Positions 48,102 to 56,916 of a stretch of 64,000 nucleotides of DNA are shown one piece after another (positions within the stretch are counted from its first letter, which is position 1; each line of letters starts with the position of its first letter). Under the pieces are notes generated by a model. That model ran no database searches. It had not been told where the DNA came from and worked only from the letters and a program-made list of their open reading frames with translations. Both the position numbers and the translations under genes were made by a program. Origin of the DNA: Pseudomonadota bacterium. Its GTDB lineage: Bacteria > Pseudomonadota > Alphaproteobacteria > Rhodobacterales > Rhodobacteraceae. The DNA is taken from the NCBI GenBank assembly GCA_039026295.1, contig JBCCMP010000001.1, forward strand, positions 260 through 64,259, given 5' to 3'.

Positions 48102-49997
48102 GTGACCGTGGATAACCAGGGCGCCCCATCGGCAGGCTGGGCCCGGCTGGCCGCCACCCTGGCTGTGACCGGCGCGGTCTTTGCCATCGTCGCAGGCGTC
48201 CTGACCCTTCTTGTCCCGGCCACCGCCTGGACGCAGTTGCTGATGGCCTGCGCTGCCCTGGGCTGGCTTTTCCTGGCCGCATGGGGACCGCAGGCGCTGT
48301 CGTGGTCGCACATGCGCCGCACCGGCCTGACGCCGCAATCAAGCGTGGGCGGTGCCGAGGCTGATGGCGACGGGTCGCTTTCTGTCGGGGCGCAGCCCGA
48401 TCAGCCGCAGACGGGCCAGATCAAACGACGTTGGCTGGGAAGCCATTGGCTGCAGATGTCCGTGGTGCTCATCGGCGCGCTCGGGGCGATTGCGTTCTGG
48501 CTGCTGGCCTGGCCCCAGGCGCGAGAGGGCGGCGGACTGATCTGGTTCGGCCTGCTGGCGCTGTTGTCTTTCCCCGCGCTGGTGCTGGGCAACGCTCTGG
48601 CGCAGCATCCGCACCCGGGCTGCCGCCATCAGGCACGCTTCACCCGGTTCGCGATGTTTGCCTTCCTTGTGATGGGGCTGGCCACGGCCATGCAGGGCAT
48701 GGCGCTGCCGATCGATGTCGTGGCGGGCGATGCGCCGTTGAGCGTTTGGGCCCTGCGGCTGATGGCCGGAGTGCAGATCGCGCTGGCGGCAGAGTGGGTC
48801 CTTCGCGCGCTGATCTCGCCGTTTCTTCCGGTCAAGTCAGCGGACCGGCTGAACGAGTCGCTGGTCCTTAGTCTGATCACCAGATCACAGGACAGTGGCA
48901 GCGGATTCGAGGACCAGTTCGGCATCGATATCAGCCAGTCCTGGGCGGTGCAGTTCGTCCGCAGAAGCAGTGTCTGGATGCTGATGGTTCTGGCGGTCGC
49001 GACGTGGATGACCAGTGCCGTCACGACCCTGCGCGTCGACGAGCGCGGCATTTATCAGCGCATGGGGCAGGTTTCGGCCGCAACGCTGGAGCCGGGCCTG
49101 CATGTCCACCTGCCGTGGCCCTTCGGGTCCGTGCGCCGTATCAGCTATGGCGGCATCCAGAGCGTTCGACTGAATGCAACGATGGACGCGCCAGCGGCGA
49201 AAGTCACGGCGGTCGAGGCACCGTCGGCAAACCATGATGACCGGATCTGGTCGAAGGATCACGGGGAAGAGCTGTTCCTGATGATCGCCAATCAGCCGCG
49301 GCTGAGCGCGGGCGAGAATTATGAATCGCAGCGACCCTACGAGCTGTACCACGCGGACGTCGTCATCACCTATCGCGCCGGGCTTTCCGCGAAGGCCAGC
49401 CTGAGATCGACCTACCACGTTGCCGACGCGGACATCCTGGTGAGCCAGATCGGGCGGCGCGAGCTGATCAACCTTTTCAAGAACCGCACAGCCGAGGATC
49501 TGCTGTTTGCCGACTTCTCGGCGTTTTCGCGCGCGCATCACAGCGCGGTGCAGGAAAGGCTTGATGCGCTGGAGACCGGGATCGACGTTATCGATGTGAT
49601 CTTCGAGGCCGTTCACCCGCCAATCCAGACAGCGGCCACGTTCGAACGTGTGCACGCCGCCGAGAAGGAGAGCGCGGTTCTGGTGAACATCGCGCGCGCC
49701 GAGGCGGAACAGATGAGCGCCACGGCTCAGATCAATGCCGCCCGCACGCGTGATCAGGCGCAATCGGACGCCTTCGCCGACACCGCACAGGCCCGGGCCG
49801 AGAGGGTCCTGTTTTCCGCGGAACGTGCGGCCTACGACAGGGCAGAGGGCGTCTTTGTCTTCGAACGGGCGCTGCAGGTGTTCGAGCGGACCTTCGCCGG
49901 GAAAAATCTGATCATCGTCGACCCTGAAATCAACGCGGGTCAGGGCTTTGTCGTTGATCTGAATGACCATGCGCTGGGCGCATCGGTTCAAGACTAG
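48102..49997 (+). CDS. HflK-like SPFH protein with multi-TM N-terminal extension
   Basis: About 7 TM helices, then ERGIYQRMG..LEPGLHVHLPWPFG, IDVIFEAVHPP and a coiled coil. Confidence 0.85.
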   Translation: MTVDNQGAPSAGWARLAATLAVTGAVFAIVAGVLTLLVPATAWTQLLMACAALGWLFLAAWGPQALSWSHMRRTGLTPQSSVGGAEADGDGSLSVGAQPDQPQTGQIKRRWLGSHWLQMSVVLIGALGAIAFWLLAWPQAREGGGLIWFGLLALLSFPALVLGNALAQHPHPGCRHQARFTRFAMFAFLVMGLATAMQGMALPIDVVAGDAPLSVWALRLMAGVQIALAAEWVLRALISPFLPVKSADRLNESLVLSLITRSQDSGSGFEDQFGIDISQSWAVQFVRRSSVWMLMVLAVATWMTSAVTTLRVDERGIYQRMGQVSAATLEPGLHVHLPWPFGSVRRISYGGIQSVRLNATMDAPAAKVTAVEAPSANHDDRIWSKDHGEELFLMIANQPRLSAGENYESQRPYELYHADVVITYRAGLSAKASLRSTYHVADADILVSQIGRRELINLFKNRTAEDLLFADFSAFSRAHHSAVQERLDALETGIDVIDVIFEAVHPPIQTAATFERVHAAEKESAVLVNIARAEAEQMSATAQINAARTRDQAQSDAFADTAQARAERVLFSAERAAYDRAEGVFVFERALQVFERTFAGKNLIIVDPEINAGQGFVVDLNDHALGASVQD

Positions 49998-50008
49998 AGG
50001 TCCATTCC

Positions 50009-50983
50009 ATGAAACGACTTCGTTCCCTGCGCGTCTGGATCGCCGTTGCGCTGATCTCGCTGGCAGCGGCTGCAGCCTGCGTCGTGACGATCACGCCCGA
50101 CCACAGCCTGGTCGTGACGCGCTTCGGCAACCCGACCCGTGTTCTGGTGGACAATGGCATCGGGTGGCGCTGGCCCGCGCCGGTCGAGCGGACAATCCGC
50201 ATCGACAACCGGCTGAATTCGACCTCGTCGGGGTTCATCAACACCCCGATTGCCGATGGCGATGCCGTCTCGACGCTGACCATGGAGGCGTTCGGGGTCT
50301 GGCGCGTCCCGCGCGATGAAGAGGCGGTCGTCACCTTCCTGCGCAGTCTGCGCAATGACCAGCAGGAAGCCGCTGATCTGTTGCGCAAGATCATGCAGGC
50401 CAAACTGCAGGAGATCGCCGGCAGTTATCAGCTGCGCCAGTTGGTGAACACGCAGGAACAGGCAACGAAGCTGGAGGAGTTCGAGGCCCAGGTGACCGAA
50501 AGCGCCCGGCAGGGGCTGCGCAAGGAGTACGGCATCGACCTTCTGGCCGTGCATCTGGAACGGATGCAGGTGCCGGAGAAGACGCTGCAGAGCACCATCG
50601 AGGCGATGGCAAAAGAGCGGGAGGTTCTGGCCGAGCGCATCCTTGCGGTCGGCAAGGCAAAGGCCGGCCAGATCCTTGCGCAGACCGAAAGCGAGGCCCG
50701 CACGATCGAGGCGAGGGCCGCGGAGGAAGCGGCAAGCATCCGCGCCAGCGCCACGCAGGAAGCCAACCAGATCTACGCCGATGTGCACCGCGAGGATCCC
50801 GAACTCTACCGGTTCCGGCGCAGCCTTGACAGTCTGGAGGCGATCGTCGGCAAGCAGACCCGGATCATCATCCGCGGGAACGCACCGCCCTTCGAGGCGA
50901 TCATGAACGTCCCATCGACGGGTATCGAAACGGAAAGGGACCTGGAGGCGGCGTCGCGCCCTGACGTCGGGATCACCAAGTGA
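50009..50983 (+). CDS. HflC-like SPFH protein
   Basis: VVTRFGNP, WRWPAPVE, YGIDLLAV, AMAKERE, DPELYRFRRSLDSL. Confidence 0.88.
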   Translation: MKRLRSLRVWIAVALISLAAAAACVVTITPDHSLVVTRFGNPTRVLVDNGIGWRWPAPVERTIRIDNRLNSTSSGFINTPIADGDAVSTLTMEAFGVWRVPRDEEAVVTFLRSLRNDQQEAADLLRKIMQAKLQEIAGSYQLRQLVNTQEQATKLEEFEAQVTESARQGLRKEYGIDLLAVHLERMQVPEKTLQSTIEAMAKEREVLAERILAVGKAKAGQILAQTESEARTIEARAAEEAASIRASATQEANQIYADVHREDPELYRFRRSLDSLEAIVGKQTRIIIRGNAPPFEAIMNVPSTGIETERDLEAASRPDVGITK

Positions 50984-52053
50984 CAGACCGGTCGAACGAT
51001 CAGCAGCAATCGCGCGATCATGATCAGGCGCTCGCCCGGTCCCTGCGCACGGCGCTGCGCTTTGTTATCGTTCTGATGGTCATTCTGTCCGCGGTCTGGC
51101 TGGGCAGCGGCATGGTGTCGGTGCCCGCCGACCGGCAGGCTGTCGTGATTGCCTTCGGTGATGCACAGGTCAAGGCAAAACGCGGCGGCGGTCTGGTCTG
51201 GTGGTGGCCATCGCCGATCGGCGAAGTGCGCCTTATCCCGTCGGCCAGCCGCAAGTTTTCGCTGGAGGCCAACGCGCTGGAGCCGGGCGGCGTCAGCTTT
51301 GACCCCCGCGTGCTCGGCTATGCGCTGACCGGGGATCAGGGGGCAATCCACATTGGCGGCACCGTTTTCTGGCGGGTGCGCGACCCCGTTGCCTATGCTT
51401 TCCTTGCCGACCCGGAAGTATCGCGCCGCACGCGCGAGATTGACACCTTCCCGAAGGTCGAACAGGCGATCCGTCGGGCCTTTCAGCGCGCGGTCATCCA
51501 CACCAGCGCGAAGGTGGACCTCAACACGATCCGCGTGACCGGCAAGGATCAGATCCGGCGCGACCTGATCTCGAACATGAACGACCTGCTGAACAGCCGT
51601 GGCACGATGCCCTTTGCGGTCACGGTCGAAAATATCGAGTTCAATTCGGCGCTGCTGCGCTGGACACAGGACGCCTTTGATCGTGCCCAGCGCGCCCAGA
51701 GCGAGGCGGATCAGTTGATCGCCGATGCGGAAAGCGCCCGTGCCAACACCCTGGCCGAGGCGCAGGAGGCAGCCGCCCAGATCACCGGATCGGCCCGAGC
51801 GGCGGCGACCGAGATGGTCAGCATGGCGCGCGTCCGCACGAAACCCATCAGCGCCCTTGCGCAGGCCGAACGGGCAGACAGGCAGCTTGTGCTCTACCGC
51901 ATCTGGCGGGACAGCATCGACCGTCTGTTCAATCAGGCCCATACGACGATGATCGTGCCCGATGACGAAAACCTTCGCGTGCTGCTGCCGACCGCGCCGC
52001 CATCGGTCGCGCCTGCACCCGCATCAACCGCGCCGGCGGCAGACAATCAGTAG
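50980..52053 (+). CDS. HflK-like SPFH protein
   Basis: GTGA overlap; TM; VPADRQAVVIAFG, WWPSPIGEV, YALTGD; coiled coil. Confidence 0.85.
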   Translation: MTDRSNDQQQSRDHDQALARSLRTALRFVIVLMVILSAVWLGSGMVSVPADRQAVVIAFGDAQVKAKRGGGLVWWWPSPIGEVRLIPSASRKFSLEANALEPGGVSFDPRVLGYALTGDQGAIHIGGTVFWRVRDPVAYAFLADPEVSRRTREIDTFPKVEQAIRRAFQRAVIHTSAKVDLNTIRVTGKDQIRRDLISNMNDLLNSRGTMPFAVTVENIEFNSALLRWTQDAFDRAQRAQSEADQLIADAESARANTLAEAQEAAAQITGSARAAATEMVSMARVRTKPISALAQAERADRQLVLYRIWRDSIDRLFNQAHTTMIVPDDENLRVLLPTAPPSVAPAPASTAPAADNQ

Positions 52054-52079
52054 ACCGACGCGCAGACGAAGGCCGAACG

Positions 52080-52124
52080 ATGAGCGCAGACATGATGAGC
52101 GCAGACATGATGAGCGCAGACACA
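52080..52124 (+). repeat. 15-bp tandem repeat x3 at the ATPase start (MSADM MSADM MSADT)
   Basis: ATGAGCGCAGACATG x2 plus ATGAGCGCAGACACA. Confidence 0.9.
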
Positions 52125-54041
52125 ACGGACAATTCCGGCGACGCCCTCAGCCGCGACGAAAAATGGTCGCTTGGCAGCCGCCTCATCCTTGCCGCCGTTG
52201 CAGCGTGGCTTCTGGTGTTCAGCTGGATCATCCGCTGGCTGGTGCCCGAACAGGAAGACCTTGGTCTGCTTTGCGTCGGCTTGTCCTCGGTCTTGATCAG
52301 CATCCCGCTGTTCCGCAAGGCCTGGCTGGCGCTGACATCGAATGCCATCGAAGGTCTGGCCGACCAGCTTGTGGTGACGGCAATCATTGCCGCCTGGGTC
52401 ACCGGGCATCTGGACGCAGCGGCTCTGGTCCCGCTTGTCATGGTGCTGGGGCATGTCCTTGAAGAGCGCAGCCTGTTCGGCACACGAGAAGCGATCGCGG
52501 CTCTCGGCACGCTGACGGAGACGACAGCGCGGCGGCAAGCCGGCAGCGACTGGGAAACCGTGAATGCGACGGATCTGAACCGCGATGATGTCGTCGAGTT
52601 GAGGCCCGGCGATTTCGTTCCGGCGGACGTGGTGATTCTGACCGGGCGATCCGCGGTGGATGCCTCGGCGATCACAGGCGAGTCGGTGCCCATCGATGTG
52701 GGCGCGGGCGATCAGGTGGCTGCCGGATCGATCAACACCGAAGGTTTGCTGACCGCGCGCGTGATCGGCACGGGCGAGGAGACGACGCTTGGCCGCGTCG
52801 TGCAACTGATGCAGGAGGCGGAACGGGGCAAGCCGCCGGTGATCCGCATGCTGGAGAGGTACGCTGGCTACTATCTGCCCGTGATCCTGATGTTCGCCTG
52901 CATGGTGTTCTTTGTAAGCGGCTCGATGACCAGTGCGATGGCGGTACTGGTCGCGGCCTGCCCGTCGGCGCTGGCCCTGGCCGCGCCCGCGACCTCTGTC
53001 GCGGCCATCGCGGTCGCAACCCGGTTCGGCATCCTGATAAAGTCGACGGCGTTCATGGAAGAGCTGACCCGCTGCGATACGCTTCTTCTGGACAAGACGG
53101 GCACTGTGACGGAAGGCGCGCTGCAGGTCGTCGACGTCACGTGTGCAGAGGGGGTCAGCGTCGAGGACATCTCCGCCCATGCCGCGGCCCTGGCTGCTGC
53201 CTCGACCCATCCGGTGTCACGGGCGGTTGCCTCGCTGAAGTCAAAGAACACGCCCCGGATCGAGGATGCCAACGAGATCGCGGGGCGCGGTGTCGAAGCC
53301 GTGATCGACGGCAAGACCTATCGGCTTGGCCGCACGGCCCTGCACCGGGATGCGGGTGTCGAGCCACTGGCCGAACCGGACCACGATGGTCCGCTGGCGG
53401 GCCTGTCCCGTGATGGCGCGTTCCTCGGCTGGATCCATCTGGCCGACACGATCCGGGCGGAAGCGCCGGAGGCGCTGGGCCATCTTCGGGCGATGGGCTT
53501 CGATCGCCAGGTTCTGGTCTCCGGTGACCGCAAAACGGTGGTCGAAGGCACGGCGCACACGCTGGATATCGACGTCGCGATCGGGGAAGTCCTGCCCGCC
53601 GAGAAGCTGGAACAGGTCCATGCCGAACAGCAGAGTGAGCGCCGGGTCCTTATGGTCGGCGACGGGATCAATGACGCACTGGCATTGAAGGCGGCGAATG
53701 TCGGCGTCGCTGTCGGTGGCGGGAATACGGATGTCGCGCTGGCGTCGGCGGATCTGGTTCTCAACCACGGCAGGCTCGACCGGCTTGTGCACATGGTCCA
53801 GCTTGCCCGCGAAGCCCGCACGGTGATGAACATCAACTTCGCGATCGCCCTTTGGACCAGCCTGCTGTTCGTCGTGCTCGCAGCCGCCGGTCTGGTCGGG
53901 CCGGTCATGATTGCCGTCATTCACAACATCGATGCGCTGCTGATCATCCTGAATTCTGCGCGGCTGTTGAAGTTCAACCCGGGCCGCCTGAACGCACCGC
54001 CCCCGCAGATCCAGATGGGACAGCGCGCCGTTGCCGCCTGA
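52080..54041 (+). CDS. P1B-type heavy-metal ATPase without an N-terminal metal-binding domain
   Basis: ITGES, AACPSAL, DKTGT, STHP, MVGDGINDA, last-TM IHN. Confidence 0.92.
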   Translation: MSADMMSADMMSADTTDNSGDALSRDEKWSLGSRLILAAVAAWLLVFSWIIRWLVPEQEDLGLLCVGLSSVLISIPLFRKAWLALTSNAIEGLADQLVVTAIIAAWVTGHLDAAALVPLVMVLGHVLEERSLFGTREAIAALGTLTETTARRQAGSDWETVNATDLNRDDVVELRPGDFVPADVVILTGRSAVDASAITGESVPIDVGAGDQVAAGSINTEGLLTARVIGTGEETTLGRVVQLMQEAERGKPPVIRMLERYAGYYLPVILMFACMVFFVSGSMTSAMAVLVAACPSALALAAPATSVAAIAVATRFGILIKSTAFMEELTRCDTLLLDKTGTVTEGALQVVDVTCAEGVSVEDISAHAAALAAASTHPVSRAVASLKSKNTPRIEDANEIAGRGVEAVIDGKTYRLGRTALHRDAGVEPLAEPDHDGPLAGLSRDGAFLGWIHLADTIRAEAPEALGHLRAMGFDRQVLVSGDRKTVVEGTAHTLDIDVAIGEVLPAEKLEQVHAEQQSERRVLMVGDGINDALALKAANVGVAVGGGNTDVALASADLVLNHGRLDRLVHMVQLAREARTVMNINFAIALWTSLLFVVLAAAGLVGPVMIAVIHNIDALLIILNSARLLKFNPGRLNAPPPQIQMGQRAVAA

Positions 54042-54130
54042 AACGAAGCAGGCGGCGGTCGCGGCCCTGCCTGACCAGACCGGTAACGCGGGGCTTGCGT
54101 CCGGTGGTCCGGGGATGCCAGAGCCTTCGG

Positions 54131-54517
54131 ATGTTGACTGACGAAGACGCCCTGATGGCGCAGTTGAGCGCAGCCGGTCCTGTCGCGGATGATGTCAGGT
54201 CGGCCTACCTAGCCCTTGCACACGCGCGCTTTGCGACCGGGATGACCGTTCGGCCAGCCAGCCATGGATACATCGAGCGCGAACTGCGTTTCGAGCTGAG
54301 TGGCGCCGCCCTTTATGCCGCGGTTCTGAACCAGAAATGGATCCTTTGGTATTTCCGGAAACCCGCATTCGCGGGCGGAGCGATCGATATGCACGCAACG
54401 GCCGCGCGGTTTTCATCATCAGAAATGACGAAATACGGCGAGGTCAAAGTGCGCGTCTTCAATCGGGACGACGCGCATTCTGTCCTGCAGTGGATCGGCG
54501 GAACCGCGCCCGTCTGA
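54131..54517 (+). CDS. Hypothetical protein
   Basis: MLTDEDALMAQL...NQKWILWYFRKP; globular-looking 128-aa ORF. Confidence 0.55.
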   Translation: MLTDEDALMAQLSAAGPVADDVRSAYLALAHARFATGMTVRPASHGYIERELRFELSGAALYAAVLNQKWILWYFRKPAFAGGAIDMHATAARFSSSEMTKYGEVKVRVFNRDDAHSVLQWIGGTAPV

Positions 54518-54603
54518 GCTTCCGGACATCCCGGGCGACAAGACACTCGATGACCGAGCCGGGATCCTGCAAGACACGCGTAGCGCTTGTCCGCTGCATC
54601 CCG

Positions 54604-55119
54604 TCACGGGTCCGGCAGGCCGCCTGATATCACCGAAAGCTGCGCTGCATGCGGCACCGGCCGGGGTTTTCGCCCTGCCGCAAGACGCCCCAGACCCAGT
54701 CGGTCGAATTTCTGAAAAGCAATCAGAATCAGCGTGGCGGCAAGGATCAGGGCGTTGCTGTAATGGGTGTGGTTCGTGGAATCGGTCTTTGACAGCCACA
54801 GCGCAAACGGGTCGAGAATGACCTGCCAGGTGGCAGAGATCGTGCAGATCGTGATCAGCAGCAACGCGGGGAGCGCGATGCGCAACCCGATGCCAAGCGC
54901 AATCAGGCTGCCGAGCAGGACCTGCAGTGCACCGACGGCAATCTGCTGCGTCGGCGTCGCGCAGAAGCCGGAATAGACACGATCTGCCATGGCCGCCGCC
55001 GCTTCGGGGTGGGCAATCCGCGCGGAGCCCCACCAGATGAAAAGCATCCCCACTGCCAGTCTTCCGGCAAACAGCGCGAGGCTCTGCCCGTGGGTTCCGG
55101 TTGTCGAGTTTTCCAGCAT
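54604..55119 (-). CDS. DoxX-like membrane protein
   Basis: RLAVGMLFIWWG, GALQVLLGSLIALG, four TM helices, final DRL. Confidence 0.6.
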   Translation of the reverse strand: MLENSTTGTHGQSLALFAGRLAVGMLFIWWGSARIAHPEAAAAMADRVYSGFCATPTQQIAVGALQVLLGSLIALGIGLRIALPALLLITICTISATWQVILDPFALWLSKTDSTNHTHYSNALILAATLILIAFQKFDRLGLGRLAAGRKPRPVPHAAQLSVISGGLPDP

Positions 55120-55483
55120 TTGCGCGCCCCGCTTCAGAACGCCGAGGTTCACCGCTCGCCGTTAACTTTGAGTGCGTGGATATGGTTTGCACCTGATGAA
55201 TGCAGCGGCTGTGGCCGGTTTCGCATAAGCGGGCCGTCGCCCTGACATTTGTCTGCCTGCCGATGCACACGGATTTCCGAGAACCTGACCGGAGCGTTTG
55301 GAAGTGCCGAATGCCAGTGAACCCAGGACATGCAGACCAAGCGCACGCAGACCAAGCACACGACACGATGTCCACGCCTGCTCAGCATAGGGCTGTTCAT
55401 TTGCCGCTGATTTTTTACCGGTGATATTTCGTCGCCGATCCGTTTTGCGCAAACGGTTCCCGCCACACTCCGCCCGGCTGTGC

Positions 55484-56257
55484 CTATCGGGTTCGGATAA
55501 CCTTTGCTTCGCCGATGATCCTTTCGCGGGGAACTGTGCCCCGGATCCGGCTGTCGATCGAATTCGATCGATTGTCTCCCAGAAAGAAGTACTCGTTCCT
55601 GCCCAGGTGCCAGTCGCGGCGGAACTTCTTGATATTGTAGAGATCCAGCACCGCGTATGCATTGCCATCAAGCGTTTCGGTCAGATTTTCCGCGCCATCT
55701 GACCGGGTAATGTCGATCCCGTTCAGTTCCAGAAGGTTGCCCCTTAACGTCACCACATCGCCCGGCTGACCGATCAGCCGTTTCACATAGATCGCGCTGT
55801 CGCCTTCGAAGCGGAAGGTATAGACCCGGCCGCGTTCCATGACCGGATCCTCCCACTTTTTCACGACCAGCAGGTCGTTGATCATGAGACCGGGTTCCAT
55901 CGACCCGCTTGAGACCCTGTGCACATCGAGGAGCAGCAGACGAACCGCGGTGAAGCTTCCCAGGACAAGCAGCAGACACAGCATCACCCCGATCGGTGTC
56001 GCGTACCATCTGACAGGCCGATGGTCGTCTTCGTGCGGACCGATCAGCAGCACATGGGCTGAAACTGCGCCTGCAAAAAGCAACCAGATCCAGGGGGCGT
56101 GCAGGCTGGGCGGGATCGCGATAATGCCGATCAGAATTGCCACAAGAAAACAGATCGGCCGCTGCAGATAGAGGTACACAAACGGCGGCAGCACCATCGC
56201 AAATACAAGGAGCAAGGGCTTGGATTTTACCGTCTGCGATGCCTCGACCTCCCCCAT
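55484..56257 (-). CDS. lepB: Signal peptidase I paralog with N-terminal membrane region
   Basis: SGSMEPGL (Ser), YVKRLIGQPGD (Lys), LGDNRSNSIDSR. Confidence 0.88.
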   Translation of the reverse strand: MGEVEASQTVKSKPLLLVFAMVLPPFVYLYLQRPICFLVAILIGIIAIPPSLHAPWIWLLFAGAVSAHVLLIGPHEDDHRPVRWYATPIGVMLCLLLVLGSFTAVRLLLLDVHRVSSGSMEPGLMINDLLVVKKWEDPVMERGRVYTFRFEGDSAIYVKRLIGQPGDVVTLRGNLLELNGIDITRSDGAENLTETLDGNAYAVLDLYNIKKFRRDWHLGRNEYFFLGDNRSNSIDSRIRGTVPRERIIGEAKVIRTR

Positions 56258-56916
56258 GATGTCCCGCTTCCCGTGAATTCCGTGCCTCGACATGATGTGT
56301 ATCAGAGCGCGGCATTCGCTTCAGCAGTTTCTGCGTTTCGCGACCACAGGACCGTAGTGGCCCGGGGGCGTTGGATTTCTGGCCAATCAAATGAAAAAAT
56401 GGCTTTCCTGCTGGCTTTCCCGCTGTGAAACCAGGATGCCGGCCGCGTTGCGAAAAGCCTTCTGCGGTCGACGAAGCTATCGGAAAAATCTCCAGGTAAG
56501 CGGGTCACGATGATCTTCCGTCAGGAGGTGCAATGACCGCCCGATCGTATCTCCTTTCGCTGGAACGGTATGATCGGCCCCGGCGTTTTCAGGTGCGCAC
56601 GGCGTTGACTGCGACGCGGCCGGCAGCGTGATGAACGGGACGAGGGAGCCGCAGCGGACCCTTACGCCCGGCTTCCGAACAGGGGATCCGGCCCTGCGTA
56701 CGTGATCGATCCGGCAAAGTGGCATGGCGACATTGCCTAGGCTCTGCCGGGCAAATAAAGTGCTCCCCTGTCCCCGCGATCGCAGCTTGACGAAATCTAC
56801 GCGGACGCTCCGGACCTTGGGTGCGGCAGGCAAAACCAAAGGGCTGATTGCGTTGCGCTACCTACTGATCACTTCCCGTCGCTTGACCGCATATCTCTCC
56901 ACAAAAAAGGCCGCTG

